Source: Obrimoposthia wandeli
Taxonomy: Eukaryota
Direction: 5' to 3'
NCBI GenBank assembly: GCA_977020255.1
Contig: CDROCS010003603.1
Location: forward strand, 1-64,000
DNA length: 64,000 nucleotides
In this document: in pieces, positions 23,775-38,660 of the stretch
How positions within the stretch are numbered: the first letter of the stretch is position 1
Layout of the letters: every line of letters begins with the position of its first letter
Made by a program: the position numbers and the translations under genes
Notes under the pieces: generated by a model
What the model saw: the letters and a program-made list of their open reading frames with translations, nothing else
What the model was told of the DNA's origin: nothing
The model's database searches: none

Positions 23775-26149
23775 CAAAGAAAATCTTATAAACAATATCA
23801 ATATACATTAAATTGAAAATTTGGAATAATAATAATGAACATAGAGCAAGTACTGGCTCAGGAAGTAATTTATATGTTAATATGAACCAGAGCAGAAATA
23901 ATCATAGAGAAAATATTAGCTGTTCTATACAAACACTTACATTTCCGAGTAGCATTACTACAATTTAAAGATCTTACAAATAACTGTTATATTTAAATTT
24001 TTTTACTTCGGTTAAAAATCGATAAAATCATATTGCATCTTATATGTAAGTAATGTCATGATATTTAAAATACATAAACTTTTCCTACTGACTAGAAATA
24101 GTAGATGAAATTACTGATACATTTTTAGAAATGTGTAAAAATAATTTTTTCTAAGTTTCTTATTTGAATTTTTGATAAAAAAAAAACTTTTTAAATATTA
24201 AAAAAAAAATTGATTTTTAAAACTTGAAAATGGTGGGCCCAAAAATTGATGCATTTAAACAAATATGACTTAAAATTATCATACTATAGTACATAATAAC
24301 CTTAAACAAATTGTAATGCGCGCTCACGTAAATTGATGAGTTTAAACAAAAGAGTGATCCTCAAATGACCTTGACATACTCAGGAGAGAAACTGTGACGG
24401 CACTTGTATTGCTTATCATGGCAACATGCATACGGTTACTATGCCGATGATGCACACATTGTTACACATTGATAACACGCACATATGTGCTCGGCAGAAT
24501 CTGCTCGTCTCGTTTAACATATATAATGAGTTTTTTAAAGAGTACCGGTTTTATGAATTAAATTTTAAAAATACATTAAACATTTCTCAGTTTTTTTAAA
24601 TAGAAAAAATTATAAAAATCCATTTATAAGTAATAACAAACATAAACAAAATTTTCTAAATCAAATTTTTTTAATAACGTTTTCACGTTAAAACATATCA
24701 AAAAGATTATATTGTTGTCTTCAAGTAGTTCGCCAATGCAGGCGGAGTTGCGCATGGGTGAATAGTTAAGCGCCCACATTAACTGTTTAATATATGTCGA
24801 CTGTGACATCAAAATAGATAGATAGTGTTGGCACAATCATGTAAATTATGTAATATTATGTTAATGATATTAATAGATTTTATTGTTAGCTACTGCTGCC
24901 AAAGTATGTGAAAAGTTGTTTGAAAATTTGATTTGAATGAAATAAATCGATATTGAGTTTGGTTTACTATTGTTATTTTGATATGCCTTCAAAATAATAT
25001 AAAGATGTATATTTGATGCGTTTCGATTATTAAACATAATACCATTCACATTGTTTTGTTCCAGGTCATGTATTTTTAGAATATCCAGTTGCTCCCTGAC
25101 TGGTCATCCGTAATATCTGATTGACCATGGTGTGTAATAATCGTAATTTATCTATAAAACATAAATAAACTTCAAATATTAATATAATTTACCAGTTCAA
25201 ATTTTACAAATTCATTGGCATAGTTTTCATATGTCAATTCCTTGCTGCTCTCCACGAAAGTATTTAGTTGTGCAGATAGCGGTCCATATTATCCATCTAG
25301 CTTGAGTAGTAAGTCGTTGCATAATATGAGAGTTGTCTTCCTGAATATCCAGTGCTTTTCTACATCGATAGAAATTAAAATATTTTAAAATACTCTTGTA
25401 TTCCTTCACATCATGTTCCTGACATCTAGAAAAATATTAAAGAGTCCAGAGTTTTCATTTTCATCAGAAATTGATAGCGGTTTTTCCGAAACTTTCGACT
25501 CGCAGAAGAAAAGGTTGAGAAAAGCTCTTCTTAACCGATTTGTCGGTCTAGTGATGATATTTTCTGATATATCGTCTGAGATAAGAATTCATGTTGCTTT
25601 TTTGAGTTCCATATATTATTTCATGTGCATCTTTATTCTTACAGACAGTATCATACATTTATATTATTTCTTGGTCAGTTAGTTCTTCTTTACATTCTTC
25701 ATCATCTGAGATGAAAATTGTTTCCATGGCTAAGACTTCACATACATCTTCATCCTGGCAAACATTATCCCGTATTTGATTTAGATCAGTTGGATCTTTA
25801 CCTTTAAAAAGTTTGAAGTTCTTCTTATCTAATAATTGTTTAACCATTAAAATATTATGATTTGTATAAAATTATTTTGGTTTATATATTTGAACCGTGG
25901 GATATTATGTAATATTTATTGTCGATTCATTAAGGAGGACCATGTGGTTGAAAATGATGAACTTTGGTAATTCATTGGTGCTTAACAGACAGGTAAATCA
26001 TGATCGCTCGCTGAAATTACAATGTTTACATATTGGACTTGCATAGATGAATCATCGGGGGTAGAGAGGATACTGTAACTGAATTGACACATTCACCTAC
26101 TCCGGTCAAAACTAAATGATTATATTTGCAAGATAGAACATTTCAATTG

Positions 26150-27072
26150 TATCAGGATCATCTGTGTGGCATGCTGATGGCACAATTTCAGTGTGTCCTA
26201 GTTTATTCAGCCAACTGTATATTATCCACGACTTGTTTAAAAGTCGCTCACTACCACTTGTATTCATTCTTTAACCAAATAAAGGAAAAGCAACATTTAT
26301 CAAAATGTTGACTGCAATAAAAACTGCATTTTCGAAAACTACTCAAACAAAGGCTTACATGAATTTTGAAATAAGAGCTATATCTGCTTTTAAAGAGGTG
26401 TTTCCGTGGACCAAATTGCATTCATTAAAAAAGATCAATATATCTCAATCTTTGTAGCATCAACTCACTGAAAATTAAATTTGATTCAAATCCCATTTTT
26501 CTCTATTAATTAAACATATTTTTGCATTAGCAATCATTCCTAAAGAAACAGTTATACAGTATTTTATTACAATTTTCGCAGAAACAATTATTCCTAAAGA
26601 AGCAGGAGTGTTTATTTACTTTGATGATTAGGTTTAGGGGCCACGTGGAGATTTCCAAAATTCTTGATATCTGAATGGAACTGTTATCAAAGTGCTTTAA
26701 ATGAAAATGATAAAACAAACAATGTTTGTGAGGGATGAAACAATGGCTGTTCATGAATACAATTATTACCGAACAAGCTAAAAATGTTATGACCCGTGAG
26801 CAACTTATTGCAGATCATACAGGAGAACCCAAATACAAGTAATAGAGGAAATTGGGTAGTAACAGTTAGAAATTGTGGTTAAAGGGATGTTATAAACTAT
26901 TTGAGGAGTGTTGTGCATAATTTTGAAATATTGGTTATTTATTATTTAAAAACTGAAAATGATTAAATTTACCATTTGGTACACCTACGTAATTGTATTT
27001 TTTTTATTTAACAAAAACAACTGCGATGAATTGATCTTACAATGAATTGTTTGCGATGAACTAGCCGGGTAT
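26150..27072 (+). mobile_element. Mutator/MULE transposase relic with probable terminal repeat
   Basis: WHADGTISVCPSLFSQLYIIH..PLVFIL*PNK..NFEIRAISAFKEVFP and ISEWNCY..KTNNVCEG*NN match the MULE DDE pattern. Repeated GCGATGAA(T/C) units near 27020-27070 look like a terminus. Confidence 0.75.
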
Positions 27073-27107
27073 GGAAAAATGTATGTGATATGAACAAACA
27101 TAAATTA

Positions 27108-27352
27108 ATCATTTTCCATGAAATAGACATTCAGCTGCACATCGTTAGAAATAAATGTTATCAATTATTATTAGAAATTGTCAATTATGCACATTAAAAT
27201 CCTGAATCAAAGCGATAACCCAAATATTAAACCCTTTAAAAAGAGCGGGGAAATATAAGCATGTATCTCAAATCAACAGAGGTGTGGTTCTCTTGTGAAA
27301 AATGTGGCCTTGGTCTCCACTTATAGTGCTTCAAAATATTTCATACATATTA
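27108..27352 (+). mobile_element. piggyBac C-terminal cysteine-rich domain relic
   Basis: HFP..., then STEVWFSCEKCGLGLHL*CFKIFH (CxxC..LH..CF..FH). Confidence 0.45.
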
Positions 27353-30300
27353 ACTCATATATTAGATATTTAAAACTATACGAATTAAATTATCTAAGCT
27401 TGATAAGAGAAATTATATGATCCACCTACTTTTAAGCCATAATTGCTTTCTGAGATTAGTTTGAATAGAGTGATAATGTAAATGATCTAGCAGTCACATG
27501 ATGAGACCCTCTAATATAGATGGGCCAATGTGATACTATGTGTCTAACTTATGATCTTTAATGACTTCAGTCAAGTTCTGATAGTCTGTAGGACCATTTG
27601 ATTTTTCAAAAGGCCACCGTTTGAGTTGAGTTATTAACTAATGCAACAAATTTAAATGTTAAAAATTATATTTTCTATTCATATCTCCAATAATAATTTA
27701 CCAACTGAATTAATATTTACATTTTGAGTTGCATGAAAATACAAATAATATAGTCCCTTTTGCGTATTATAAAGTAAAAAGATTTAGTATAGTTTGTTAT
27801 ATTTTATTTGATACATATGAATATAAAGCAACGTGTTTATTTACATTATAGTTGGAAAATTTTAATTTTAAATATGTAATTAGATATCTATAAGAAATGT
27901 TTGAATATACTTAAATGTATGAAACTTCTTGACGACCAGTAAAGATAATTTTTCAAATTTTGTTTAAACTAATATTAGAAAGATTTTTTTATTTTAGAAG
28001 TAATTCAAAAAAATAAAACATTTATTAGATATCGATCAAAAAGTAAATTTAAAAACAATATAGTTGTCAAAGGAACTGTGTTTAAATATCTTATAAATGT
28101 ATAAAAAACTTTACATTTCCCGAATTTCATTATTGAAACGATCAACGATTTCTTCTTCAACAAAAAAATGAAAATTCAAATCTCTGTTGGAAGTGACAGT
28201 CTGAAATCACGATAAAAAATAACAACTATACACGCCGATAATAAAGAATCTAAAATTCAAACAGGACGCAAACATGTGACTAATAATCGTGCTAAACGTC
28301 GAATTTTTACAATCATGACACAGAATTAGCGTATGTAGAGAATGGCTTGTTAGTTTCCTCAAAACAATTGATGGTACCATCATTTAAATCATCCGATTAA
28401 ATATTGCATCAAAAAAACTTCAATAAAACAACAGGTGTACATTGAGTTATGAACCACTGCACCAAAATATGTCATCAAATTGGATAAACATAATTTAAAC
28501 ATTTTATTCTCTTTTCAAGAGCATTGGGGATCTCTTTGATGACCGACGGTCAAAAATCTTAGTTCTGCATACGAAACTCTAAATGAAACGAATAAATATT
28601 TACAGCAATCGAAACAGTGCACATTAAAAAATGTGAATATTTTATAATATTTAATTTATCTCTATAATTTTGAATTAGGATGATACATTTGAGAAAGAAC
28701 CTTCATTGTAAATCCCAGACGCTTTGACAGCTTTAAAATAATAACTATTTGCAAAATAATGTTTATCATAACATTTATAGCAACATTTAATTATTTTATA
28801 ATCGTCAAGATAGGCAAGATATGAAAAGAACTAAAGTGTAAGTTAAAATACGAATATGCAAAGGAAACAGTTGAGAAGTGAAAACTGTCGATTATGATGA
28901 ACCAGCTAAACTGTTACCAAGATGAAGGAAGCTGTTAAAGAAGAATCACAAGTAGAAAACAGTGAGAAACTTTTATAATAGATAATGTATTCTTAAAACT
29001 TGAATAAATATTAAATTACATTTCCAGTTGTGAAAGGAAAGTAAACATTAAATAATCGATTGAGCCTTATTAAGATTTTAACAGACAATAATATTTAAGA
29101 ATATTTAAAATTTTAGCAAATGTAGCATTCTTAAAACATTTATTCACCTAATATATAGTAACCCATTACAATGAATATTTCTCTGCTTAATGAGAAACAT
29201 ACTACGAATTTGTCTAGACATATGAGTGCCATGTTTAAACATATGAACACAGGTCTTCGATTATTCGATTGTTTTAAACTTTAATTCTCAACACCACTGT
29301 ATTTGTACTTTTTGACAAGGAGAAGAATACCGGATTAAAAAGAAAAAAGTTATTCATCTGAATTATAATTTTATGTTGTCAGTTACACAGAAGAAAACAT
29401 TCAAACAGAGACAGAACGATTTTGAGAAGATAATTTTTAATTGATAGTCTGAATTAGATTACGGTTTTATTTCAGACTACTAAACATTGGTTTTCTTAGT
29501 TGACAATCTCACCCATGCTATCACTACCACTGTTTTCCCCAAAGTTTAATCAGGACAGAAAAAATCCTTTTGATAAGGTGTATTCAGATTATTTATTTAT
29601 ATTTTTTATTACTGTTAGAATTAGGAACTAAAAATAAAATAAATAATAAGAACTATTTATATTAAAAGTTCTATCCTAAAAATCAAGGTTAAAAATAAAT
29701 TTAAAATAAAATGATTTTAAAGAACCGTAATTAAATAAATTAGGACCTTGAAAGGTAACGTGGAAAAGTATTAAAAAAGGTTAAATCAATGTAAAAGGGC
29801 ATCCAAGAAATGTATTAATAAGAAGAAGAAAATTGAAAATTTGAAGAAAAATCAAGTAGCTAGACAAATACCAGCTGTTAGAAAAGTCAGAGAAAAACGC
29901 CATAAGTTGCAATTAGCAACATTCACTCGTAGTGTTGTGGGAAAAAAGAGTTATGTAAAAAACTCCATTAGTCGCAAGTGTCTCGACAGCGGAGAGAAGC
30001 CATTATTGACACCGGCCGGTTCTCACGGTGAGTTGTTATAAATAGGAATCGAAATTGATTCCCCATTTGATAACAGAATTCAAATCGACAGTATTTGACT
30101 GACGACGACCGCAAACCAAAAACATAAGCGAAGGAGTACCCAGGAAACCAGCGAATATATCGCAGACTGACTATCTCGGAGTGAATTTATCTATCTGGGG
30201 AGGAGATCTACACAGAAACTGGTGAGGAGCATAGTTAGGAGTTAGTTTCGTGTTAAGAAAGTAAATTGAATAGTTGTCAAAGAAGTATATTTTAATTGTC

Positions 30301-33244
30301 TGAAAATTATCAAAGGAGTAAAGCGTTTAATTGTGAAAATTTATATTCTAATTGTTTAAATAGTATATTCTAATTGTTTAAGAAGTATTTTAATTCTCTG
30401 AAAAGTGTCAAAGAAGTAAAGCGTTTAGTTGTTTCAAAAAAATGATAATAAATATAAGTTGTTTTAAAAAGTAACATCAACAAGTTGATCCTGTGAATAA
30501 GTCTATGAGACGTAAATCAGAATTACTAGGATAGGAGTAAAGTTAGTAAAGAGTCATCTCACTTTCCAAAGTGTTGGAATCAATAAAGTTTATTTGTAGG
30601 CGTGCTTAATCGCATAATTGTTTTAGAATTATTTAGTTGTATTCGTAAATAAATGGTTTCCTAAAAGACCACTAGTTGATATATAAGCCACCAGCCGTAT
30701 ACACGTAAACACTACTAATCTATAGGTCAGCCGAGGGACAACCACGTGACGGTTTTCTAAGCACTGTGGTATTTGAGGATTGTGTCCCAATATTACCGGT
30801 GGAATATCGTTATCGTCGCTTGGCTCCGGCTCTTTTCCATATGTTCTGTCTAGGTTGCTTGGTTTCCTTAATCTAAAAGTTTAATCCCTAAGTCTACATA
30901 ACAACACATTAGTTTATGGAGCTTACTAGCTAAATTGTGAACACACCACAACACAATAGTACAAAAAGCTTTTCAGATTTGAGATTAGAATTAAGTAAGA
31001 TTAACACAGATAGCCACATCCATCTGTAAGCCCAATCGCTACAGAACTCACTTCAGGGGCCTCCATACGAGGATCTAAGAGCTTCAATTAGAAACTCCAA
31101 TATTACTGTTACATAAATTTATTAGTATTTGATAAATGATAATTTTTCTGAAACTGCAAAAGTACGATGTGATTTTGAATTTATAAGGGAGAGTAGCGAC
31201 AGAGTAAATTTAATGAACCGATTGCTGAAATACACTTTTCCAGTTTTATGAACATCATTTTTCTACACTGGTAAAAGAAATTCAATCATACATCAACATT
31301 CAATAATTAAAAAATCGATATTTTATAAATTTGAATAAACCTGAGACAAGAAAAACTTTGATTAATTTTTAAAGGAAATAAATCCGATCAAATCAAGCAA
31401 GCGATCATGTTCAAGAATTTTGTAAATGAATAAAAATAACTTAAAGAAGCAGATTTATTTTAATACTTCCACAACCTGAAGAATGAAATAATTAGAATCA
31501 AGTACTTTGTGTTCAATTAGTTCAAGGAACGACGAGTACCATACTCCAAAAATTTCCACGTTCAACAATGTTGCTGAAAGGTTACGAAGTAGGTTACAAA
31601 AGAAAAGTAGCAAGGCCATTTGATTTGACATAAGTAATGCATTTTCCCAGTGTACACGTGACGAAGAGGAGCGGGTTATGGTAAAGAATGCAATCGTGGT
31701 TCGCTATCTTAGTGGGAATAATATGTGAAGATGTTTCATTTTAGATTGACACAGTGTTTTGGATTAATTATAAGGTTAAAAAACAACGTATGGTTCTTAT
31801 CAAGAAATGTAACATTTCACTTGTTAAAAATATTTAGCAAAAATTGTAACACACAAACCAGTCTGTAAGTATTCATGTGATTTATGATTTTGGATATAAA
31901 ATAGTACTGCATCTGGGTCTCTCAGAACCTGAACTCTACACAGGATATATTTTCCGGTGCTCAGCTGCTTTAGCTGTGAAGGAATCGTAAACAACATAAA
32001 GTGATATGAAGATACATTTCAACTGTAAAAAAGTGAAAACATTGCATTGAAGTATATGATTAACTAACGAACAGAAAATGAAAGTGATGTGGCTCATCAA
32101 AATGATTGGGATCGAGTGGGAAAATATTATCAAGTAAAAGGACTCATCATAGACCGGACAGCTTCACCAATGTGGCCACAAATAACAACAACAAAAATTC
32201 AAGTTATGGAATTTAAAGATACATTTCAAAAAGTCACAACTCATGCCAGCGTATGAAGTGACCTATTGTGGCATGAACATAAATTTAATGACGCAACAAA
32301 AAGATCCATAGCCACCCCGCCAATCTAAGGTCATGGCGTAATTACATGCACATAACAATAATGTCTGCTGACGTGTATCACAACAAGCCACTGCCTTTGC
32401 TCAACACAGGTACGGTTGAGGATTTCTTAGAAGAAACAAAAGTGCTAACACGTATGTCAATAAGTGTCACCCATTAGCGAAGTTAATGAAACAGCTTCCC
32501 AGGACTCAGTACCTGCATATTTCAACGATTCCAGTGGCTGGCAGCCATTTCATGCTGCAAGACAAGAGAAGACACGATCCGAGAAACCACATCAGCCGAC
32601 ATTGGCGGAGGCCTATAAACAAGGTTTGCCTTTGCAGTGTCGGTTGATGATGGGGACAGCGTGGATTTAGACGCAAGGATCGTGGCATTGGCATCAGAAG
32701 GATATGCTTCGTTTCCCAGTATCGCTGCATCTAGACAGCCATAGAGGAAGATAGTTGATATGACAGAGAAAACACACATCGATACATGTGTAGAAGCCCT
32801 CTTTTTCAAGAGGATTATTGAAATCGCGCGCAAAGGACCAATAGCATGTGCGTGTTACTTCATAGGTGGCCACCATGACAAACATACATGTGCCTTGTAT
32901 CACGAGAGGTTGACGGTGGGAACCGTATACATGTGTTGCGCCTTAACCGATTGCCATGTAATGAGTCATCATGTCACCGTGTGTGTTTCGCAATCGTCGG
33001 TATCTATGGTAAGCTCATATAGGTCACAAAATGTTGAAATTTGTTTTAATATTTAGAATGTGCATGAAATGTAAAATTTTAAATTTTTAGCTTACATTTG
33101 AGTAATTACTTTACAAATTTAATGTGAGAATTATCAGATTGATGGATTATTTTTTATATTCAATTTTTACACAGTAGAAATAAGAATAAAAGATAATATA
33201 TATATCAGATTTTGAATTATAATTAACAACAGTATTTATTATAA

Positions 33245-34100
33245 TAAAGGATTAATTTAAAATTCAGGAGTTGCATATCTCCCAATTTTTGATCCTTATT
33301 GTATGGGAGGGAACTGGTTGGAATATCATAATAAATTATATTTGTTTTTCTAATTGGTTAATAAGCATTCTGTTTCTCGAGCTCTATTTGATATCTAAAC
33401 AATACGGAAGGTTCAACTTATACTTTTCTAATATGTTATTTAGCCACTAGAATCTCAATCGCAGAAAGAATTGTTTATGCGCAAATCACACTATATCCAG
33501 TTAAATTTCTTTTCATTCGAAGATGGATATTAACTCCAGGTAAAATATATGTTGGCTGTTTGAAGAAAATTTAGATGGAGACTACTGCACATGAATAGTG
33601 TTTTCGATTTTTGGATCCATGATATTCTATTCATTGAATTACTATCATACCCGATAACATCTAAACTAATTGATTTCGTATCATTTCCATAATTCAATTA
33701 TGTTTTTATCACTGCTTTATAACTGATATTATTTTATTTAACTTTATTAAGTCTGAGAATCATATTTTTGAAAAAAGTCTGAAACTTGAAATTCGCTGCT
33801 TTAATATCAGCCGTTGCTTGCAAACTTATTCCAGCTTCCTTTGTAACTTTTGATTTAATAATCAATAAAGTATTATTCAAATCGAGATATTGTGAATTTG
33901 ATGCATTGATATTGAATTCCACATCGGGACTAGCTGCGTCAGTTACAGTATTTGTTGGAAATATTTCTTCAAAACAAGCACTATCCACAACTATTTCAAA
34001 AATACACAATTCAGATTTAGCACAACTCATTTCTTAAATATTGTTCCACCTAGTTTCAATCGATTGCTTATTATTTTCTTTGTAGTTTTGGTGGACATTT
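33245..34100 (-). pseudogene. Second Polinton relic: major capsid protein plus tail of the upstream small protein
   Basis: MSCAKSELCIFE..EEIFP..YLDLNNTLL..FQTFFKNMIL, then with stops LNYGNDTK..PGVNIHLRMKRN..PIRKT..NKDQ. It is preceded by ISNRLKLGGTIFKK* with an ATGA overlap, as in the intact element. Confidence 0.88.
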
Positions 34101-34984
34101 GGTGGAAATTCTTAAAAGAATGTATCTATATTTCTTCATATAAATGTTAGTTCAATTAAACTTGATTGTATTATGAATTTCCTTGAAGTATATACTAATG
34201 ACTGTGATGATGATGATTATGTCGTGTCTATTGATGAATATAATGGGTTTAAAATTCAAGAAATTAAGAAATGAGAATTATAAATTTTCCAAGAAATTAA
34301 GACGATTCCATCTAATATTACATGTCCATATATTGAACTCTGTGCATATCAAAAAATCCTTTACTACAAGTCTAGATTTTAAATACACTTTACAATTTAA
34401 ATTAATAATTAGCTATACTTAATAAAAATTATAATTTAAAAAAGTAATAAATGTTCACATTTTCATAAATACACACATGGTTATGTGTATTTTAAATCAA
34501 AACATGCTGACCTATTGCATAACGTCATTCATATAAAAAGGATGTGAATGTATTTGTTTACTCTGTCGATTTTCAATTATGAACAACGTAAATCTTATTG
34601 CATCATTTTATATTTGATTTATTTTAGTGTTATATAAACAAACCGATGTACGTCATAAGCAGTGCGAACAGAATATGAAGACAACATACGGAGTAAACAT
34701 GGACAAGCAGGAGTTCTATGTCGTGTTCTCAAAGTGAAACTGTCCATGAAGAGGAGTTGGCAGACTTCGTGAACCAGCCCAGTGAGCATCTCGCTTATTG
34801 TCAGGCTAGAGCCAACAGAGTAATCTTTTTATCCTCACCTTGCTGAATTATAGGTAGCTGAAGTATAGGAATAAAGGTATATCCAATTGCATCCTGTGTA
34901 TTTGATGCCATAAGTGTATTCACGGGTTCCGAAGACCGATAAGTTACGCCAAGCATGTTCCACTCTGTAGGATGAATTTGGAGC

Positions 34985-35895
34985 ATACAACACTCTACGG
35001 ATAAGCGTATTGAGTTTACGGTCTTTTCGAAGACGATTTCTCCTCCTTTTGCTGTTTACGCGGACTTTGAGGCTGTGCTACCATCATATGGTATTCACAA
35101 TCAGATCCAGCTCCCAACCACAGCCGGTTGCAGCAATTTCAGGATACACATAGTTACTCAGTTTTCACTGGATAATCTTTTGTTGTGTCATTTTTACAAA
35201 ACATTGGAGTTGGTGAAACACGTTGTTCTCCCATGGTATAAAATCATGCGAATGAGGTGATGCACCCACTTAAATTGGAACAGATATCAAGTTTCAATTC
35301 TGCAACAATATGTTACCTGTGTAAGAAGAGGCTAGAAAACAAGGTTTGAGACCCCGATCACGTGACCGGCGAGTACCTTGGAGCTGCGCATTCAAAATGC
35401 AACTTATCAATGAGACTGAACCGATCCTTTTCTGTGATTTTTCACTATTTGGTGGAGTACGATATGCATCACATACTCAAGTATGCATTAAGTCAATTTC
35501 CCCACTGGAGTAACTCAGTCATTCCTTAATCAACAGATTCTAAACTTTGCTGGTGCATATTGAATGAATCTGTATTTGGTTTATCAACACGTTACCGTGG
35601 TTTCGCGAAACTGGTCAAGAATCTGTGAATCAAGAAAGTGGAAATAAGACGATCAAACCGATCGAGCTTGCCGACGTTTCCCAGCATGCCACAAGGCCAT
35701 CACAGACGACGAGCTAGAGCCACTCAAGGGAGTAAAAGGTAGTTAGACATCTAAATTATTAATGACACATTATCTCAAGAAACATTATGTTGTTCATTCT
35801 AGATTGCTACAAATGTACGTTAGACTTTGTGCTAAGGTAGATTTTGTATATAGAGCAATACAGTTTGAACAAACTAATGTTTTTCTAAATAAATA
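34985..35895 (+). pseudogene. Second Polinton relic: pPolB fragments
   Basis: SKTISPPFAVYADFEAVL, CYLC..DHVTGEYLGAAHSKCNL, YDMHHILKYAL and, after a large deletion, KHYVVHSRLLQMYV..RAIQF; collinear with the in-window PolB. Confidence 0.88.
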
Positions 35896-36539
35896 GAGGA
35901 TAACTCAGTGAAATGAGCTGTAGCTACAACAGATTTCTAGCGAGATTATTACAAACTGTAGAACAATTATTTATTTGGAAAACTCATTGAGAATCTAATG
36001 AAATGAATTAACCTTCGGATTTGTAATTTTTGTGACCCTATCCTTTCTCTCTCCCTCTTTCATCACATCATTACCTTGTGTTTTTAATGCGTTTTAGTGT
36101 TTTTTATGTTGCTATGTTTATACAAATTCAATTAGTAGCCTTGCTACTAGAATATGAATTCAAAATTACAAATATATCGATTTTATATAGTATACTTGTT
36201 TTGCCGTCCTTCTTGCCCGCATTAATCTTATTCGCAAAACAACCTCGACAAATAATACGCCCAATCAACGACAGTAATACTCCACAAAAGCTGGTTGTTA
36301 CCTATTGTAGTTCAACTAAATAAGAAAAATATAGTTTTGGATCGTCTTAGTTACATAGCCTATGCGGTTTTAGACCTAAGTAAACATTGTTTGTATGAGT
36401 AGCAATATATGCAGTTGGAGAAATATCGAGGGTAATTTAACTGCCTTGAATAAAATGTGTTTTTCGTTATAAAAGTAGAAATTTTCAAAGCAAGGAATAT
36501 CAATACTTACATACTTTTCACTACAATGTAGAAAAAATC

Positions 36540-37053
36540 AGTTAATTAGAAATTGTAAAATGCATAAACCTGAAAAGAAATCCTTAGTTGGATTATCGAG
36601 CGAAATGGCGAATAAAGGAGGTTCACTATATTGAACATAAAATCCAACACCAATTGCAGAACACCAACTGCAGAAGACAAGGAAATTATTCACTTATTTA
36701 TTCAGATAAAACTAGATAAACTTGTGATGACGTTGGCAATGACGATATTGTTGCATCTCAAGTTCCTGCCAAAGATGTGTACAATGCAATTGAAGTTATT
36801 GTCGATTATTTAAATTTTAAAAAGTTTCACTGAGATCTCATCCAGATCTAAGAAACCATTTGACTGAAATGAAAGAAAATATCGAAGAATTGCGTATAAA
36901 AAACATGAGACAAACTATATTGAATGATTTTGTCGAAAATAATTGAATGAATATATGCATCTATTTAATTTTCAACAAAAAACCGTAATACGAAAAAAAC
37001 GCTATCCAAAACTAATTAATTTTTGACAAGTTCGGATTATCGGGGGTTGACTG
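36540..37053 (+). mobile_element. Tigger/pogo-like relic (3' end)
   Basis: C-terminal RQTILNDF-type tail and a right terminus TTCGGATTATCGGGGGTTGACTG|TA. Confidence 0.45.
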
Positions 37054-38145
37054 TATTATAGAATGCTGTTAAACTGAGGAAACGTCTGTTAACTATAGAA
37101 AGTTCACAATTGTCGACGGTTATAGATACTTTTGATTGGCTTATGTTGGCCGTCTTTGTTTGTTAATCTAGTGTACACCCCTTGTTGAGATCTAAAAGGA
37201 ATGGTAAATGAAGTGGCTGTGGTGGAACGCGCATTATGTGATGAAGTTCGAGCACTGTTAATGGGATTGGAGACTAATGCAAGTTTATGATGCAGCTGAT
37301 CAAATGCCAGATAGGTGGTGGAGACGACGGATGTTAATTGGGAATATGTAACTTAGAAAACTTTCTTAGATATATTATATGTTGAAAGCGAAGATTTAAA
37401 TGGGATTTTTTTATTATTTAACTTATTTAAACTGAATTTATCTTTGTTAGAGAAATAAGTGAGAGAAGCAAAGTTCATCAAGAACAAAATTCATTCACTT
37501 TACAGAACATAACTGATTACTCAGTTATTTTGGAATAAAAACAAGAAAATACATCAACTTTGTATAAACTACAGATTAATTTATGAACTTCAAAAAATCC
37601 AAGTTTTAGTTATATTAAAGTTAGTTAAACTCTCAAACTTGTTAGTAACTCCAAATTTTGGCTAACCAATTTTTTATATATTAATTTATTCATATTTTTT
37701 ATAATTTTGTTATTTGATCGTTTTTCATTAAATCAAATCCGGTAAAACCCAACAAATTCTAAAGACGTTAAGTCCACCCAGGCCAGTTAATCAACTACTT
37801 CATTACTTAAAAGTGTATTTTTTGTAGAAATATTTCGTGCATTGTTATTTTCGGTCGATTTGATCTTGTTGTAGGATTGATCAAGCCCCAGAAACTTTCT
37901 TTTTAAGCTGATCAGTCTTAATGCAGTCGAGTTGGGTACATGTTGACAACTGACCCAGTTCAAGTGACAGTGTGCTGGTAGTGATTTTGTGTTTTGAGTA
38001 TGTTCAAAATTTTATTCAATGCCCAAACATATTAAAAATGTATTCCTAATTAAGTTATCAATATAATGTATATTTAAATTTTTTTTTGATTTCTACAAGA
38101 ACGATTGAATATGAGGGATTAGTCTCTAGTGAAGCATGTACTTAC

Positions 38146-38380
38146 AATGTCGTATGTTGTTGTTATCGTCGTCATCAAGCACCACAGAAGTAATTATTGG
38201 GTCGTTATGGAGATTGCTCTCCGGTGTTGACTCTAGCGAATGGGTTTCATCACTGTCGGTGTCGCGAAAAGAGGCGGTCGGATTGGAATGAGACTCTGGG
38301 AAAAATGACACCGAACAGCCAGATGACGGAGACACCAGTCGTAAAATCGTGCTGTTGTTGCACTGCAAAACAGTCGCTTT
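38146..38380 (-). CDS. Possible host exon (Ser/Asp-rich), gene unidentified
   Basis: GC-elevated open frame ending in a GTAAGT donor at 38145-38140; no recognisable domain; 5' boundary uncertain. Confidence 0.3.
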
Positions 38381-38539
38381 CATCAATATAAGTAAGTCAT
38401 TTTGAAATAAACGAATATACTATTCACATGCATTTCATTTACATTTATTTAAGTTATTTTGAAAATGTAGACAAATGTAAAATATATTTTAAACCCTCTT
38501 TAATGGTCAAAGTCGATGAAATTTTAATTGAAAAGTTTT

Positions 38540-38660
38540 GTAAAATATATTGGTTGCGTACGTGACTTAAATCTGTGTATAGTTGCACAAATGAACAAAA
38601 CAGTAAAGGCATGCAATTATGAACTGAAGAAAATATTTAAAATAAGAAAAAACTTGAAAG
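38540..38660 (+). mobile_element. Non-LTR (CR1/L2-clade-like) RT C-terminal fragment
   Basis: VRDLNL..QMNKTVKACNYELKKIFKIRKNL resembles 'VRDLG..H..K..K.CYY.LR.I.KIR..L'. Confidence 0.55.

Noticed and set aside
25227-25847. Broken minus-strand reading frame (acidic, ELTDQEII)
   Set aside because: Multiple stops and frameshifts and no identifiable family.
28100-28330. HVTNNRAKRRIF resembling a hAT-like 'VND.AER' motif
   Set aside because: A single weak motif with no supporting context.
29750-31100. Possible solo LTR (GC-elevated, internal short repeats, AATAAA)
   Set aside because: No second copy, TSD, PBS or gag/pol motif could be established.
32180-33060. GC-elevated block with several overlapping ORFs
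   Set aside because: No recognisable domain in any frame; probably a decayed transposon but not assignable.
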